Below the pieces are notes generated by a model. The model saw only the letters and a list, made by a program, of their open reading frames with translations. It had not been told where the DNA came from and searched no databases. Positions 45,618 to 55,236 of a stretch of DNA of 64,000 nt are shown one piece after another. A program made the translations under genes and the position numbers. Origin of the DNA: Escherichia phage vB_EcoM_E9.1; the sequence record PP886230, one strand, 5' to 3'. Position 1 is the stretch's first letter. Every line of letters starts with the position of its first letter.

Positions 45618-45980
45618 ATGGCAACTCAAATCACCAAAATTATTGCTAACCTGGTTAACTTCCGCGACGAGATGAAAGATCTTCCGGCGGCGACGGTTAA
45701 AACTCACATTGACGCATACCGCGAACTGATTAAAATGCTGCCGCTTAAGCGTGAACAATACGCCGCTACCGTGATGCTTGATGCGATGATCCATAAGATG
45801 ATCGCCAGTGATTTGACGATGGTTTATCAGTATATGGGCGAAAATTTCGCGGTGTGTAGTAAGCCAGTACCAGGGATGGCAACAACTGAGGAATTGCACG
45901 GCTTAAACTTAAAACAAGATGCATGGGATAATATGCCTCGTTTCCTGGTATGGGCTGACAGTGGCAAAATTTACAAATAA
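45618..45980 (+). CDS. hypothetical protein (120 aa), GC-richer codon usage
   Basis: ATG after RBS taagagag; track ORF start is an ATG inside the -10 hexamer. Confidence 0.6.
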   Translation: MATQITKIIANLVNFRDEMKDLPAATVKTHIDAYRELIKMLPLKREQYAATVMLDAMIHKMIASDLTMVYQYMGENFAVCSKPVPGMATTEELHGLNLKQDAWDNMPRFLVWADSGKIYK

Positions 45981-45994
45981 GTTTAATAAAGTAC

Positions 45995-46053
45995 TTGCAA
46001 ACTATGTTTAATGGCGTATAATGTTTTACATCAGGTGGGGAATAGTTCCCCAC
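45995..46053 (+). promoter_or_regulatory. PeSL-like cassette
   Basis: TTGCAA .. TATAAT .. GTGGGGAAtagTTCCCCAC. Confidence 0.6.
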
Positions 46054-46075
46054 TATATAAGAGGATTAAAAAAAA

Positions 46076-46315
46076 ATGGCTAAATCAAAAATGTTCTTAG
46101 GTCACAAAAACAAAACTCATTGGAATGTAAGCCTGTGGATTAATAACGATGAGGGATTGTATCGGTTGGCCCTGGACTTTATTGCCGCCAATACTAATCG
46201 CAATGATGCGGCCCGTCATATGATGTTATTTTTAGAACAGACTGGACAAGATAAAACACCGGACGGATTCAAATATAGCACTACTGCGATCCGTGCGGCG
46301 ATGGTTGGAATGTAA
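46076..46315 (+). CDS. hypothetical protein (79 aa)
   Basis: promoter and 5' hairpin upstream; RBS gagga. Confidence 0.55.
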   Translation: MAKSKMFLGHKNKTHWNVSLWINNDEGLYRLALDFIAANTNRNDAARHMMLFLEQTGQDKTPDGFKYSTTAIRAAMVGM

Positions 46316-46403
46316 TAGAATAGAATTTATTTAAAGTACTATTGCACGGGGATAGTACTTTATAATAGTGTTTTATTCATACACCAACGATAAGGGCAAC
46401 AGC

Positions 46404-46670
46404 ATGAATATTAAGTATTTTGCGACGCGTGAACAAGCTCGGATCGCCGCTCGCCAGGACGGGGCAACGTTTAAAGATATGGGCGTACAATCGGAACGTG
46501 GTAAACGTTGGGCCATTGTAAAGCGTAGTACCGCCAGATCATTACAGTACTGGTTAGCGGCCTTAAAAAGTCCCGATAGTGTATCGCGTCGAGTGGTAGA
46601 AATAAAGCTCGACCGAAAGGGCAACCGCGTGACCGTGTACCGTACTAAAAAGATTGCAGTACTTGAATAA
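46404..46670 (+). CDS. hypothetical protein; paralog of 58621 ORF
   Basis: shared KYFATREQARIAAR..TFKDMG..DRKGNRVTVY motifs. Confidence 0.6.
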   Translation: MNIKYFATREQARIAARQDGATFKDMGVQSERGKRWAIVKRSTARSLQYWLAALKSPDSVSRRVVEIKLDRKGNRVTVYRTKKIAVLE

Positions 46671-46677
46671 AAAGTAC

Positions 46678-46736
46678 TTGCAAACTATGTTTAAAGGCGT
46701 ATAATGTTTTACATCGAGAGCGGGAACTCTTCCCGC
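46678..46736 (+). promoter_or_regulatory. PeSL-like cassette
   Basis: TTGCAA .. TATAAT .. GCGGGAActcTTCCCGC. Confidence 0.6.
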
Positions 46737-46757
46737 CTATAACCTGGAGTAATAAAA

Positions 46758-46988
46758 ATGACTAATATGTATATGACTGAAGTTAAAACCGTAAAAGATA
46801 CTACCACGAATAAAACTACTTACTTACAGCGGATCTGTGGTGTATGGCAACGTATCAGCAAATCAAAGTACTTTAAATTAACATCATATGCAAACCGTTC
46901 TGATTCATTCAGTACTGAAATAAAAGGTAATAAAGTACACCAATACGGCACTTATTATTATTACAGCCTGGACGCGATTGCAGTATAA
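46758..46988 (+). CDS. hypothetical protein (76 aa)
   Basis: promoter-hairpin cassette upstream; RBS ggag. Confidence 0.55.
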   Translation: MTNMYMTEVKTVKDTTTNKTTYLQRICGVWQRISKSKYFKLTSYANRSDSFSTEIKGNKVHQYGTYYYYSLDAIAV

Positions 46989-47237
46989 GCAGTTTACAAA
47001 TCTTTACAATTGCCGGTATTGACTTATTTTGTCAGTACTGGCATAATGTATTCATTGGCAGATAAGCCGTAGCCCATAGGGTGCGGGAGTGTATCTATAG
47101 AAAAATTAGTTTAGTATAGTTACAATTGTGCACCCGGTGGGTTAGCTGTTGTCATGGGGTATATTATGCCAGTACTTGATAATGCTGTCAATACTTTTTT
47201 TTACTATCCAGTACAGAAAACTATTTTTAAAAAGTAC

Positions 47238-47384
47238 TTGCAAACTATGTTTAAAGGCGTATAATGTTTTACATCAGGACGGGGGAACGAAATAAGTAAC
47301 TTCCCGTTAAGTAGCCCAGGAGTAAGGCACACGAAAAACTCCCCTGATAAAATAGTTTGACAAATGTTTTTAAAAGCGTATAAT
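47238..47384 (+). promoter_or_regulatory. dual-promoter module with conserved inter-promoter element (copy 1)
   Basis: TTGCAA..TATAAT (47238-47265), ~73-nt element caggacggggg...cccctg, then TTGACA..TATAAT (47357-47384). Confidence 0.55.
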
Positions 47385-47416
47385 ACTTACATCAACTACT
47401 GAATGAGGGTTACAAA

Positions 47417-48028
47417 ATGAAAACTATCACTACTACTACTTTCGTTATGGATTTTTCTGAATTGAACGCAGAACAAAAAACGTCAGCTATCGAACTGGTT
47501 CGGGAACGTGAAAAAAACTCAAACGACAATTATTTTTCTGAAAGTGAAATTGAATACTATAAAGAAACAGTACTACCGGAATATGGCATTAATGACGCTG
47601 AAATACAATTCAGTGGCTTTTGGTCCCAGGGTGACGGTGCATCAATCAGTACTGACCACGTTGACGCAGTGAAGTTTTTACGCAAGGTAAGAGCATTAAC
47701 TAAGTATCGCTCAATCCGTCACTTGCTGAATGAAGATGATTTGGCGATGAGTGTAAAGCGTTCGCACTCCCACTACTCGCATGAGAATACTGTAAGCGGG
47801 TACATTGAATCGGCTTACACTGATTTAACCGCAAAACAAGAAACGTTAGTTAATGAGCTTGAGGAACTACTCACTGATACTATTCGTGAATTGTCCCGCA
47901 AGTTGTACCGTGATTTAGAGAATGCATATGAGGATCAATTCACTACTGAAAACATTACGGCACTGATTGAGGGTAACGAGTATCAATTCAATGTTATTGA
48001 TGGCGTAGTGGAATCAATCGAATATTAA
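47417..48028 (+). CDS. hypothetical protein (203 aa)
   Basis: downstream of dual-promoter module; RBS gaggg. Confidence 0.6.
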   Translation: MKTITTTTFVMDFSELNAEQKTSAIELVREREKNSNDNYFSESEIEYYKETVLPEYGINDAEIQFSGFWSQGDGASISTDHVDAVKFLRKVRALTKYRSIRHLLNEDDLAMSVKRSHSHYSHENTVSGYIESAYTDLTAKQETLVNELEELLTDTIRELSRKLYRDLENAYEDQFTTENITALIEGNEYQFNVIDGVVESIEY

Positions 48029-48040
48029 TTTAAAAAGTAC

Positions 48041-48099
48041 TTGCAAACTAAGTTTAAAAGCGTATAATACTTTATATCGAGAGCGGGAATAGTTCCCGC
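48041..48099 (+). promoter_or_regulatory. PeSL-like cassette
   Basis: TTGCAA .. TATAAT .. GCGGGAAtagTTCCCGC. Confidence 0.6.
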
Positions 48100-48120
48100 T
48101 ACTAATGAGGAATACTACAA

Positions 48121-48285
48121 ATGAATACTTTTACCTTCGCTCAATTGAACGCCCTGGATGTATTGTCTGATGCTTTGCGGGATGCAACTGAAAGCGGTTT
48201 ATTTGACAATGTTGACATTCACCCTGATGTAATTAATAATTTTTGTGATGCTATCGCAGAAGTACTGGAAGATCTAAAAAAATAA
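48121..48285 (+). CDS. hypothetical small protein (54 aa, not in track)
   Basis: ATG after promoter-hairpin cassette and RBS gagg. Confidence 0.5.
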   Translation: MNTFTFAQLNALDVLSDALRDATESGLFDNVDIHPDVINNFCDAIAEVLEDLKK

Positions 48286-48295
48286 TAGAAAGTAC

Positions 48296-48355
48296 TTGCA
48301 ATTAGTTTTTAGTACTGTATAATGTTTTACATAGAGGGGAGAAATGGTTCTCCCT
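48296..48355 (+). promoter_or_regulatory. PeSL-like cassette
   Basis: TTGCAA .. gtactgTATAAT .. GGGGAGAAatggTTCTCCC. Confidence 0.6.
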
Positions 48356-48373
48356 GGTAATGAGGAAAATACA

Positions 48374-48595
48374 ATGGCTAATATCACTACTCTTTCCCAA
48401 CTGGAAGCACTGGTTAAATCTATGCGGGAACATGCCGACAATATCGGCGTAAAAGATCCAGCCGTTTGCTTCTGCGACGAATTGAATGATGATACCCTGG
48501 TAATAGCAGAAGTCCAGGACGTTTCTAACTATTCCTCGCGTTACACTGGCGGCGTAGCAAATAAAGGTGACTTCTGTTTATACCTTACCAAATAA
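48374..48595 (+). CDS. hypothetical protein
   Basis: internal ATG (MANITTLSQ) after RBS; cassette upstream. Confidence 0.55.
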   Translation: MANITTLSQLEALVKSMREHADNIGVKDPAVCFCDELNDDTLVIAEVQDVSNYSSRYTGGVANKGDFCLYLTK

Positions 48596-48763
48596 CAACG
48601 CGGGGAGATAATAACTCCCCGTTACTTTTTCAGTACTGAATCATTTAATAGACGGATCTCGGCACCCGGTGGGTTAGTGACTGTTTCGTCTTGATGTAGT
48701 AATTATGCCAGTACTGGATGCACTTGTCAACAACTATTTTTCAAATACTTTTTATTAAAATAC

Positions 48764-48817
48764 TTGCTAATAGTTTTTAAACGCGTATAATGTTTTGCAT
48801 AGGGGGAGCGGTTCCCC
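48764..48817 (+). promoter_or_regulatory. PeSL-like cassette
   Basis: TTGCTA .. TATAAT .. GGGGAgcgGTTCCCC. Confidence 0.55.
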
Positions 48818-48838
48818 TGGTAACTAAGGAATAATAAA

Positions 48839-49075
48839 ATGCTTGAACAAATCAAATCAACGTCTGCGAATGTAACGGGAACGGTTGTACACTTTACTAG
48901 TGATGAATCGCGGGGCGTTCCCTATTGTGCTGTACATGTAAACACTGATGGCAACTACTGGTTTACGGTTTACGGATCATATTCATTTGGACGACCAGGG
49001 CATCAAAAAATTCTGGATAAAGTACAGCCAACGGGTAAAAATATCACGGCTGAAATGTTTTATAAAAAATCATAA
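48839..49075 (+). CDS. hypothetical protein (78 aa)
   Basis: cassette upstream; RBS aagga. Confidence 0.55.
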   Translation: MLEQIKSTSANVTGTVVHFTSDESRGVPYCAVHVNTDGNYWFTVYGSYSFGRPGHQKILDKVQPTGKNITAEMFYKKS

Positions 49076-49080
49076 AGTAC

Positions 49081-49140
49081 TTGATAATAGTTTTTAGTAC
49101 TGTATAATATTTTACATCGCAAGGGGGTAATGGTTCCCCC
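49081..49140 (+). promoter_or_regulatory. PeSL-like cassette
   Basis: TTGATA .. gtactgTATAAT .. GGGGGTAAtggTTCCCCC. Confidence 0.55.
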
Positions 49141-49160
49141 TGGTAACTAAGGATAATCAA

Positions 49161-49460
49161 ATGAAAGTTGCATTCATCGCCCTGGCTTTATCTGTTTCCT
49201 CTTTTGCTGTTAATGCGTCGTTAGATGTAAGTAGTGAAAAATTCATTCAGTGCACTGTAGCAATGACAGATGAAAGTACTGGCGAGATTGTATTAAAGGA
49301 TCTGGAGATTCAGCCGGAAGCATTTAAAAACGGCCCGTTCCATGAAGAAGACGAAAACGGTAGCACAACAATTTATTATGATGCCAGTACTAAACGCGGG
49401 TCGGTCACTGTTATGGATACTGAGAAAGTAACTCATACTGGCGTTATTAATTGCCGTTGA
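49161..49460 (+). CDS. secreted protein (signal peptide)
   Basis: N-terminus MKVAFIALALSVSSFAVNA. Confidence 0.6.
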   Translation: MKVAFIALALSVSSFAVNASLDVSSEKFIQCTVAMTDESTGEIVLKDLEIQPEAFKNGPFHEEDENGSTTIYYDASTKRGSVTVMDTEKVTHTGVINCR

Positions 49461-49481
49461 TAGATACTACGGGGTAACATC

Positions 49482-49712
49482 ATGACTAAGCGAATTGTTT
49501 TACTTAACGAAAGCAGTACTACACAACTACTTAACGCCGTGCATTATGATATTGAAACGAGCGTTAATCTTATCAGTACTGTAGTACTGTTGGACACTGG
49601 AAAGGTCGCCAATGATAAAGCGATTGCAGGTATACTAACGGATCTTGAGCCTGGTAGCAGTGCACCAATAACGTTAAATGGTAAAGTGTTTAATATTTTA
49701 CTCACTGATTAA
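49482..49712 (+). CDS. hypothetical protein (76 aa)
   Basis: ORF followed by intrinsic terminator. Confidence 0.55.
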   Translation: MTKRIVLLNESSTTQLLNAVHYDIETSVNLISTVVLLDTGKVANDKAIAGILTDLEPGSSAPITLNGKVFNILLTD

Positions 49713-49718
49713 GTACAT

Positions 49719-49742
49719 AGCCCACCTGGTGGGCTTTTTTGT
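49719..49742 (+). terminator. intrinsic terminator
   Basis: agcccacctggtgggct + T-run. Confidence 0.7.
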
Positions 49743-49943
49743 TTTTGTAGTATCGTAGTACTGAGATACTTTGAAAATAGTTTTAAAAAAGTAGTTGACA
49801 TTACCGCAGAAAAGCGTAGAATGTATTACATCAAGACGGGGAGCACTAAGTAGACCGCCAGTAAGTCGAACGAAAAACTGGACACGTCGAGAAAACTTTG
49901 ATACACTAATAAACGTAAACTAAACTTTAATTGAGGATTTATA

Positions 49944-50426
49944 ATGGCTAATGTAAAATCATTCATCAAAGCACTGGTAGCAAATGAAACTAACGTCGCG
50001 GCTGAGATCCTGGCTGAACTGGATAACGATACCATGAAAGCGGTACGCAATAATTTTAACATCGCGTACAGTACTGCGAAAGAACTACAAGCAAATAAAG
50101 CGGCAGAAATTGAAGCGGCAAAGGCGGCCCGTGAAGCAGAACTACAAGCAACAATCGAAAGTATCCAGGCGGCGGTGTCTGGATTGGATCTGGAAGTGGT
50201 TGTGGAAATGGCACATAAAGCCCTGGCGGTTAAGTATGGTGAAGATAAGCCAGAATCTAAACCCAAAAAATGGATTCAGGAACGCGTAGCGGTAGTACTG
50301 GACAACGGGGAAGAATATCTGATTCCGGTGCGTGGTAACTGTATTGCGGTAGTACTGGACGCTATCAAAGAAAGCGGTATGACTCGCGAGGAATGGATCG
50401 AAGCTCATCGCAAAGTTGAAGCATAA
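49944..50426 (+). CDS. hypothetical protein (160 aa), Ala/Glu-rich helical
   Basis: long 5' leader after promoter at ~49795; RBS gagga; terminator downstream. Confidence 0.6.
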   Translation: MANVKSFIKALVANETNVAAEILAELDNDTMKAVRNNFNIAYSTAKELQANKAAEIEAAKAAREAELQATIESIQAAVSGLDLEVVVEMAHKALAVKYGEDKPESKPKKWIQERVAVVLDNGEEYLIPVRGNCIAVVLDAIKESGMTREEWIEAHRKVEA

Positions 50427-50447
50427 CAATTAAAGTACTGAATCACT

Positions 50448-50473
50448 AGCCCACTGTATAAGTGGGCTTTTTT
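50448..50473 (+). terminator. intrinsic terminator
   Basis: agcccactgtataagtgggct + tttttt. Confidence 0.7.
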
Positions 50474-50637
50474 GTGTTTATCGTTTACCAGGCCACCAGC
50501 ACCGCCTAGAAACGATTCTAACGCATTAAACGGATTATCTGATGCATTGCCCTAGCTGGTGGCGTTAAGGCTGTAAGAACGCGATTGAGAGCGTTTAAAG
50601 TATTTTGCAAAAAGTAATAAAAAGTACTTGAACGATT

Positions 50638-50687
50638 AAGAGATTAGCGTATAATGTTTTACATCGAGAGGGGGAAACGGTTCTCCT
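50638..50687 (+). promoter_or_regulatory. PeSL-like cassette
   Basis: TTGAAC .. TATAAT .. GAGGGGGAAacggTTCTCC. Confidence 0.55.
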
Positions 50688-50710
50688 TCCAAATCAAAGG
50701 AATCAAAACA

Positions 50711-50938
50711 ATGGCTATTATCATTACTCGCGTATCTGGTACTACTGGCAACGAACAAGTAGTTGCAGTCATTACGAACAAGGCAGGTGCGGAATTGCAA
50801 AATGCAATGAATACCTGGGCCGTTAATGAGTTCGGTCAGTGGGCAAGTGTAGCATACATTGAAACCTATCAAGTGCCGTCGATTAGTTTAACTGATTTGG
50901 GCGTTGAGCGTATCCTTTGCCTTGATGAATTAAATTAA
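50711..50938 (+). CDS. hypothetical protein
   Basis: internal ATG (MAIIITRV) after RBS aagga. Confidence 0.55.
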   Translation: MAIIITRVSGTTGNEQVVAVITNKAGAELQNAMNTWAVNEFGQWASVAYIETYQVPSISLTDLGVERILCLDELN

Positions 50939-50946
50939 AAAAGTAC

Positions 50947-51006
50947 TTGCAAAGTAAATCGAATAAAGTATAATACATTACATCAAGGGGAGAAATGGTT
51001 CTCCCC
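50947..51006 (+). promoter_or_regulatory. PeSL-like cassette
   Basis: TTGCAA .. TATAAT .. GGGGAGAAatggTTCTCCCC. Confidence 0.6.
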
Positions 51007-51023
51007 ACTACAAGGAAACTAAA

Positions 51024-51236
51024 ATGGCTATCATTACTAAAATCAAAGTTAGTAAATCACTGGTTAAACTTGAAGAAGTGAAAGAAGGTTATAAAGTATC
51101 TTGGTGCGGTATGTATCGGACGTTCGCAGATATAGATGATGCGATCAATTATTACACTGACACGGTTAAAAACTTTGTTCGTGCTGATGTGGTTATGGCA
51201 GTGGCAACATATAAAGCATCAAAAGAAAGTAAGTAA
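51024..51236 (+). CDS. hypothetical protein; N-terminus resembles 54180 ORF
   Basis: MAII.K start; cassette upstream. Confidence 0.55.
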   Translation: MAIITKIKVSKSLVKLEEVKEGYKVSWCGMYRTFADIDDAINYYTDTVKNFVRADVVMAVATYKASKESK

Positions 51237-51317
51237 AAATATTATCACAGTACTATTGACATAGTTTGATAGTACTGGCATAATAACTTTTATCAAGACA
51301 ACTAAGAGGAAATTAAA

Positions 51318-51662
51318 ATGGCTAACATCAATACTATAGCAGCACAAAATATCAACCTGTCTTCTGTTGAAGTTGTACATATTGCCGCTCGGCGTTGGTT
51401 CCAGGCTTCATATGGTAACACTTATTTCTCTTTAAGTGTAGACGTAGAAATTGATGGTAATTTTATTGAAGTAGTAAACGTGCCGTTCCAATATGGATAC
51501 GGGGATCATTTTGACACTGTAGCAATGGAAGAATTTAGCAAGGTTATTAATATGGAAGGTAAAGAGTTTTTACGCGGTTCTTATCTTTCCCGTTTTTGCC
51601 GTGATAATAATATCACTGTTTATAGTTCTGTTAGTGATGTTAAACGCAAAAAAGATCTTTAA
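51318..51662 (+). CDS. hypothetical protein; paralog of 58202 ORF
   Basis: shared RW..GNTY...YGYG...VKRKKD motifs. Confidence 0.6.
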   Translation: MANINTIAAQNINLSSVEVVHIAARRWFQASYGNTYFSLSVDVEIDGNFIEVVNVPFQYGYGDHFDTVAMEEFSKVINMEGKEFLRGSYLSRFCRDNNITVYSSVSDVKRKKDL

Positions 51663-51742
51663 TTAGCTTTACTTTATGCAGATACTTTGATATAGTGTCT
51701 GCATAGGGGAAAGAAATTAAATTAACTTAAGAGGATAGTATA

Positions 51743-52012
51743 ATGAAAAATATCAGTACTTTAATCGATGCAGGTACTCATGTTCGTCGGTCTATGGTTG
51801 CAACCAGTACTACAAAACAAGTAGCGAGCGGTTATCTTGTATTTGTGCACGATGGTAAACTCCTGGAACGTTCAATCAATTTTGATGTTAAAAACAATTG
51901 CCGTTTTATTATCTTTAAGCGTGAGCAATATAAAATTGATTTACCAGCAAAGCCCATTAGTGGGGCGTACAACGTGCAATCATTGTTTGAACGTCAACCA
52001 TACACCTATTAA
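51743..52012 (+). CDS. hypothetical protein (89 aa)
   Basis: RBS agagga. Confidence 0.5.
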   Translation: MKNISTLIDAGTHVRRSMVATSTTKQVASGYLVFVHDGKLLERSINFDVKNNCRFIIFKREQYKIDLPAKPISGAYNVQSLFERQPYTY

Positions 52013-52063
52013 TCAAAACATCGTTAGCGGTCGATTCAGGCCGCTTATATTGGGGATTATACC

Positions 52064-52336
52064 ATGAACGTTAATCAAGTACTGAATGAGATCGAAAGCA
52101 TCATTAAACCGATGAAGCGTACTGATGCTATGTTAACACCGGAAGAATGCCGCCTTTATGAGCGTTACAGCGTCGAACAAGTCCAGGCAATGGCTATGGC
52201 TACCCCAGCCGTTAAACCGCCTGAGAATGCGTTACAGGACGTTACAGGGGATTATATCATCAATCCAGTACTAGGGAAGATGGCTGCAATCACCGAAGAT
52301 CAACAAGACTACTTAAGCCAGTACTTAAAAGGTTAA
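52064..52336 (+). CDS. hypothetical protein (90 aa)
   Basis: ORF with RBS. Confidence 0.5.
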   Translation: MNVNQVLNEIESIIKPMKRTDAMLTPEECRLYERYSVEQVQAMAMATPAVKPPENALQDVTGDYIINPVLGKMAAITEDQQDYLSQYLKG

Positions 52337-52341
52337 TTAAT

Positions 52342-52551
52342 ATGCTTACTGTACAGGATAAGATCGACATCTTAAAGGTTAATATGTATGTGATTGATGC
52401 AGAACCTGGTAAAGTATTTGCATACGATGATAGTACTGTAAGCGATTTCTACTATAGCCAGGCCGTGGGGGATCTTTCTGTACAGTCGGTTATTGAAAAC
52501 GTAGTTAATGCAGCGTATGAGCATTTACTTTCAAATAGTACTTGCAATTAG
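52342..52551 (+). CDS. hypothetical protein (69 aa)
   Basis: ORF. Confidence 0.5.
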   Translation: MLTVQDKIDILKVNMYVIDAEPGKVFAYDDSTVSDFYYSQAVGDLSVQSVIENVVNAAYEHLLSNSTCN

Positions 52552-52600
52552 TTTTTAAACGCGTATAATGTTTTACATCGAGAGCGGGAATAGTTCCCGC
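52542..52600 (+). promoter_or_regulatory. PeSL-like cassette
   Basis: TTGCAA .. TATAAT .. GCGGGAAtagTTCCCGC. Confidence 0.6.
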
Positions 52601-52621
52601 CTCACTTTTAAGGAATATGAA

Positions 52622-52768
52622 ATGAAAGCATCAAAAAAGAGTACTAACAAGAAAGCACGTTCAACCTTAGATGGGGTATTCCCTTTACGTTTCGTTGATG
52701 AAGTGGTTTCCTACCCGCCTGGCCTTACTCCTGAGATGGTAGAAAGTTTGCGTAAATCTAAAAAATAG
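52622..52768 (+). CDS. hypothetical small basic protein
   Basis: internal ATG (MKASKKSTNK) after RBS aagga. Confidence 0.5.
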   Translation: MKASKKSTNKKARSTLDGVFPLRFVDEVVSYPPGLTPEMVESLRKSKK

Positions 52769-52771
52769 TAC

Positions 52772-52831
52772 TTGCAATTAGTTTTTAGTACTGTATAATG
52801 TTTTACATGAAGGGGAGAAATGATTCTCCCC
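52772..52831 (+). promoter_or_regulatory. PeSL-like cassette
   Basis: TTGCAA .. gtactgTATAAT .. GGGGAGAAatgaTTCTCCCC. Confidence 0.6.
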
Positions 52832-52849
52832 AATAACAGGAGAAACAAA

Positions 52850-53002
52850 ATGAAACAATACAACGCTCGGTTTGATGTTACTATCGGTAACGGCAAAGGT
52901 CAATTCTCTTTCAGTACTCGCCGCAGTTATACAGAAAACTTCCTGCGTAATTGTGCATTGACCGCCGCTCAAATTAAACATTATTTTCAGGCTAAAAAAT
53001 GA
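52850..53002 (+). CDS. hypothetical small protein
   Basis: internal ATG (MKQYNARF) after RBS aggaga. Confidence 0.5.
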   Translation: MKQYNARFDVTIGNGKGQFSFSTRRSYTENFLRNCALTAAQIKHYFQAKK

Positions 53003-53088
53003 GATCATTAGCTTATTACAGTTCGGCCCTGGTCGGTGCATTGATCGCGGCGTTGTTAGTAACCTATCTATTCTTTATGGTGATTTAA
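52999..53088 (+). CDS. small hydrophobic peptide (29 aa)
   Basis: ATGA overlap with upstream stop; single TM-like helix; not in track. Confidence 0.4.
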   Translation: MRSLAYYSSALVGALIAALLVTYLFFMVI

Positions 53089-53226
53089 ATGAATCCTAAC
53101 GGTATAATTTACAGTACTCCTAAAACGAAAGCAGACAAGGTAAACGCTAAAAAAGCGAAAGTAAAGGAGTACATCAAACAAGGAATGACACGAAAGGCGG
53201 CGATTCTAAAAGCTAAAAATAAATGA
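53089..53226 (+). CDS. small Lys-rich peptide (45 aa)
   Basis: TAAATG overlap; not in track. Confidence 0.35.
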   Translation: MNPNGIIYSTPKTKADKVNAKKAKVKEYIKQGMTRKAAILKAKNK

Positions 53227-53230
53227 AAAA

Positions 53231-53264
53231 GTGGTTGACTTCGGTCAGCCATTTTGCTATTATA
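53231..53264 (+). terminator. terminator/promoter hybrid element (second-half variant)
   Basis: TGGTTGACttcgGTCAGCCAtttt GC TATTAT. Confidence 0.55.
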
Positions 53265-53367
53265 TATTCATTGAGAGATAGCTCACTAGCCCACAGGGTG
53301 CAGGAGTGTATCTATTGTATAATGTTTGAGTACTGAAAACTATTTTAAAGTATTTGATAAAAAGTAC

Positions 53368-53426
53368 TTGCAAACTATCTCAATAAGCGTATAATGTTTT
53401 ACATCGCAAGGGGAAACGGTTTCCCC
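53368..53426 (+). promoter_or_regulatory. PeSL-like cassette
   Basis: TTGCAA .. TATAAT .. GGGGAAAcggTTTCCCC. Confidence 0.6.
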
Positions 53427-53446
53427 TAGTAATAAGGAAACGAATC

Positions 53447-53788
53447 ATGACTATCTCAATTGCTCAATCTAACTTTGAAAATGAAATCATCGCCCAGGCA
53501 CTGCGTTTAAATGATGGTCGGGCCGAAATCAATTACGGTTTCAATTCAGGCGGTTGTGAAAAATATCAGTACTTTGTAACGGCTGATGGCGGTGTACTGG
53601 GCATCAATACAGTTATTGTAAACATACAGAAAATTAATTTCAATGATCCAGACGATAGCCAGTTTTACATCACTGGCGTAGACGTGAACTATGAGGATGA
53701 CTCACTAACTGATGACCACACTGGCGAGAAGTTAGAAAGTGCATACGGTGAAGATGATTATCAGTCCGGTCCAGAAGATTTCGAATAA
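53447..53788 (+). CDS. hypothetical acidic protein (113 aa)
   Basis: cassette upstream; RBS aagga. Confidence 0.55.
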   Translation: MTISIAQSNFENEIIAQALRLNDGRAEINYGFNSGGCEKYQYFVTADGGVLGINTVIVNIQKINFNDPDDSQFYITGVDVNYEDDSLTDDHTGEKLESAYGEDDYQSGPEDFE

Positions 53789-53802
53789 TATTAAAAAATA
53801 GT

Positions 53803-53862
53803 TTGACAATAGATTATAGTACTGTATAATAGTTTACATCAAGGGGAGAAAAACTTCTCCCC
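53803..53862 (+). promoter_or_regulatory. PeSL-like cassette
   Basis: TTGACA .. gtactgTATAAT .. GGGGAGAAaaacTTCTCCCC. Confidence 0.6.
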
Positions 53863-53884
53863 ACTAACAGAGAGAGAAAACAAA

Positions 53885-54097
53885 ATGGCTAATATCCGGT
53901 CGAAATTAAAAAATGCAAAACAAGTTTTATTTTCAGATCATGAATACTTTAATAAAGATATTACAGGAGTTACAAGTATCAAGGAAGTAAAAGAAAAAAC
54001 CGGCGTTTTGTGTGATGTGCGATTAGTTGGGACATTTGGGAATAACGTGCTATATCGCTGTGGTGATTACAATTTTACACTGACTATCATTAACTAA
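53885..54097 (+). CDS. hypothetical protein (70 aa)
   Basis: cassette upstream; RBS agagag. Confidence 0.55.
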   Translation: MANIRSKLKNAKQVLFSDHEYFNKDITGVTSIKEVKEKTGVLCDVRLVGTFGNNVLYRCGDYNFTLTIIN

Positions 54098-54179
54098 AAA
54101 TATTATCACAGTACTATTGACATAGTTTGATAGTACTGACATAATAACTTTTATCAACTACACTACTAAGGAATTAAAA

Positions 54180-54359
54180 ATGGCTATCATCGCAAAAACT
54201 GAAATCATCGGCCTGGATTCTATCATCATGACGTTTGAAGATCAAAAAGGTATGTATGTGGTTTCCTATGGTGATTATGTTCGGGAGTATGAAACGGTAG
54301 ACGAAGCCTTTGAAAGTTACATTCGCCAGGTGAATAAAGCATACGACGACTACCGCTAA
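54180..54359 (+). CDS. hypothetical protein (59 aa, not in track)
   Basis: MAIIAKTEIIGLDS; promoter TTGACA..CATAAT upstream; RBS aagga. Confidence 0.5.
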   Translation: MAIIAKTEIIGLDSIIMTFEDQKGMYVVSYGDYVREYETVDEAFESYIRQVNKAYDDYR

Positions 54360-54458
54360 AATATATTACCAGTACTATTAAAGATATTGACAACGTTTGA
54401 TAGTACTGTATAATAAGTTTTATAAACAGTAGTTAACTTAACCTAAGAGAGAAATAAA

Positions 54459-54602
54459 ATGATCGCACTGGATTCATTCATCGACGCAGTACTGGCAAAA
54501 ACTGGCGAGGATCTGACCGCAGAACAATACGCGATGATCGAACAATGTCAACAGGACGGTAAATCGGTGAAAGATACTGTTAAGATTATCCGCAAGATGT
54601 AA
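54459..54602 (+). CDS. hypothetical small protein (47 aa, not in track)
   Basis: promoter plus RBS agagag; terminator hairpin downstream. Confidence 0.45.
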   Translation: MIALDSFIDAVLAKTGEDLTAEQYAMIEQCQQDGKSVKDTVKIIRKM

Positions 54603-54608
54603 GATTAT

Positions 54609-54637
54609 AGCCCACTGGTTAACGCTGGTGGGCTTTA
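54609..54637 (+). terminator. terminator hairpin containing a Chi octamer
   Basis: agcccactggttaacGCTGGTGGgcttt. Confidence 0.5.
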
Positions 54638-54707
54638 ATTCATTACCCTATACAATGCCAGTACTAAACCGTTTATCTCGTTAGAATGCGTTACAGGACG
54701 TTTACCA

Positions 54708-54905
54708 ATGATTAGCATGAAATCAGTACAAAAACAAATAGAAACATTATCAAAAATTAAACGTAAACAGTACTCCTTAGAATATACAATCAATGGTAAC
54801 TATCATCTAATGAAAGAAAATAATTTTATAGTCATTGATGAATCATTGCAAATCATTAGTATAGTACTGAAAGCATTAATCAATGACAGAAAAAAATTAA
54901 AATAA
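54708..54905 (+). CDS. hypothetical protein (65 aa)
   Basis: ORF. Confidence 0.45.
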   Translation: MISMKSVQKQIETLSKIKRKQYSLEYTINGNYHLMKENNFIVIDESLQIISIVLKALINDRKKLK

Positions 54906-55236
54906 ACTATTGACAATATCATCCAGCACTGGCATAATACTTACACCAAGACGAGAACGTCACTAACCCATAGGGTGCACAAATGTAACTGTATAATATT
55001 GATCAAAAAATGATCTGATCAATACTTGATCAATTTGCGTAAAGTAGTATAATTCTATGCAGTTGGTTAGACGAAAGGTTATGATTAGTAGTGCAAGTGT
55101 ATAAAAATTTTCATGGTGTATCGTTCCGCACATATGGGGATGAATATGTGGTATCATGTGGATTGGAAAAAGTAAGAACAAGTAATATTATTGTCGCATT
55201 ACAGTACTATAGTATTTTTATAATGAGGTTAAAATA

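Noticed and set aside
51837-52067. Alternative-frame ORF overlapping 51743-52012
   Set aside because: It is in a different frame of the same strand without an RBS; the 51743 ORF has an agagga RBS.
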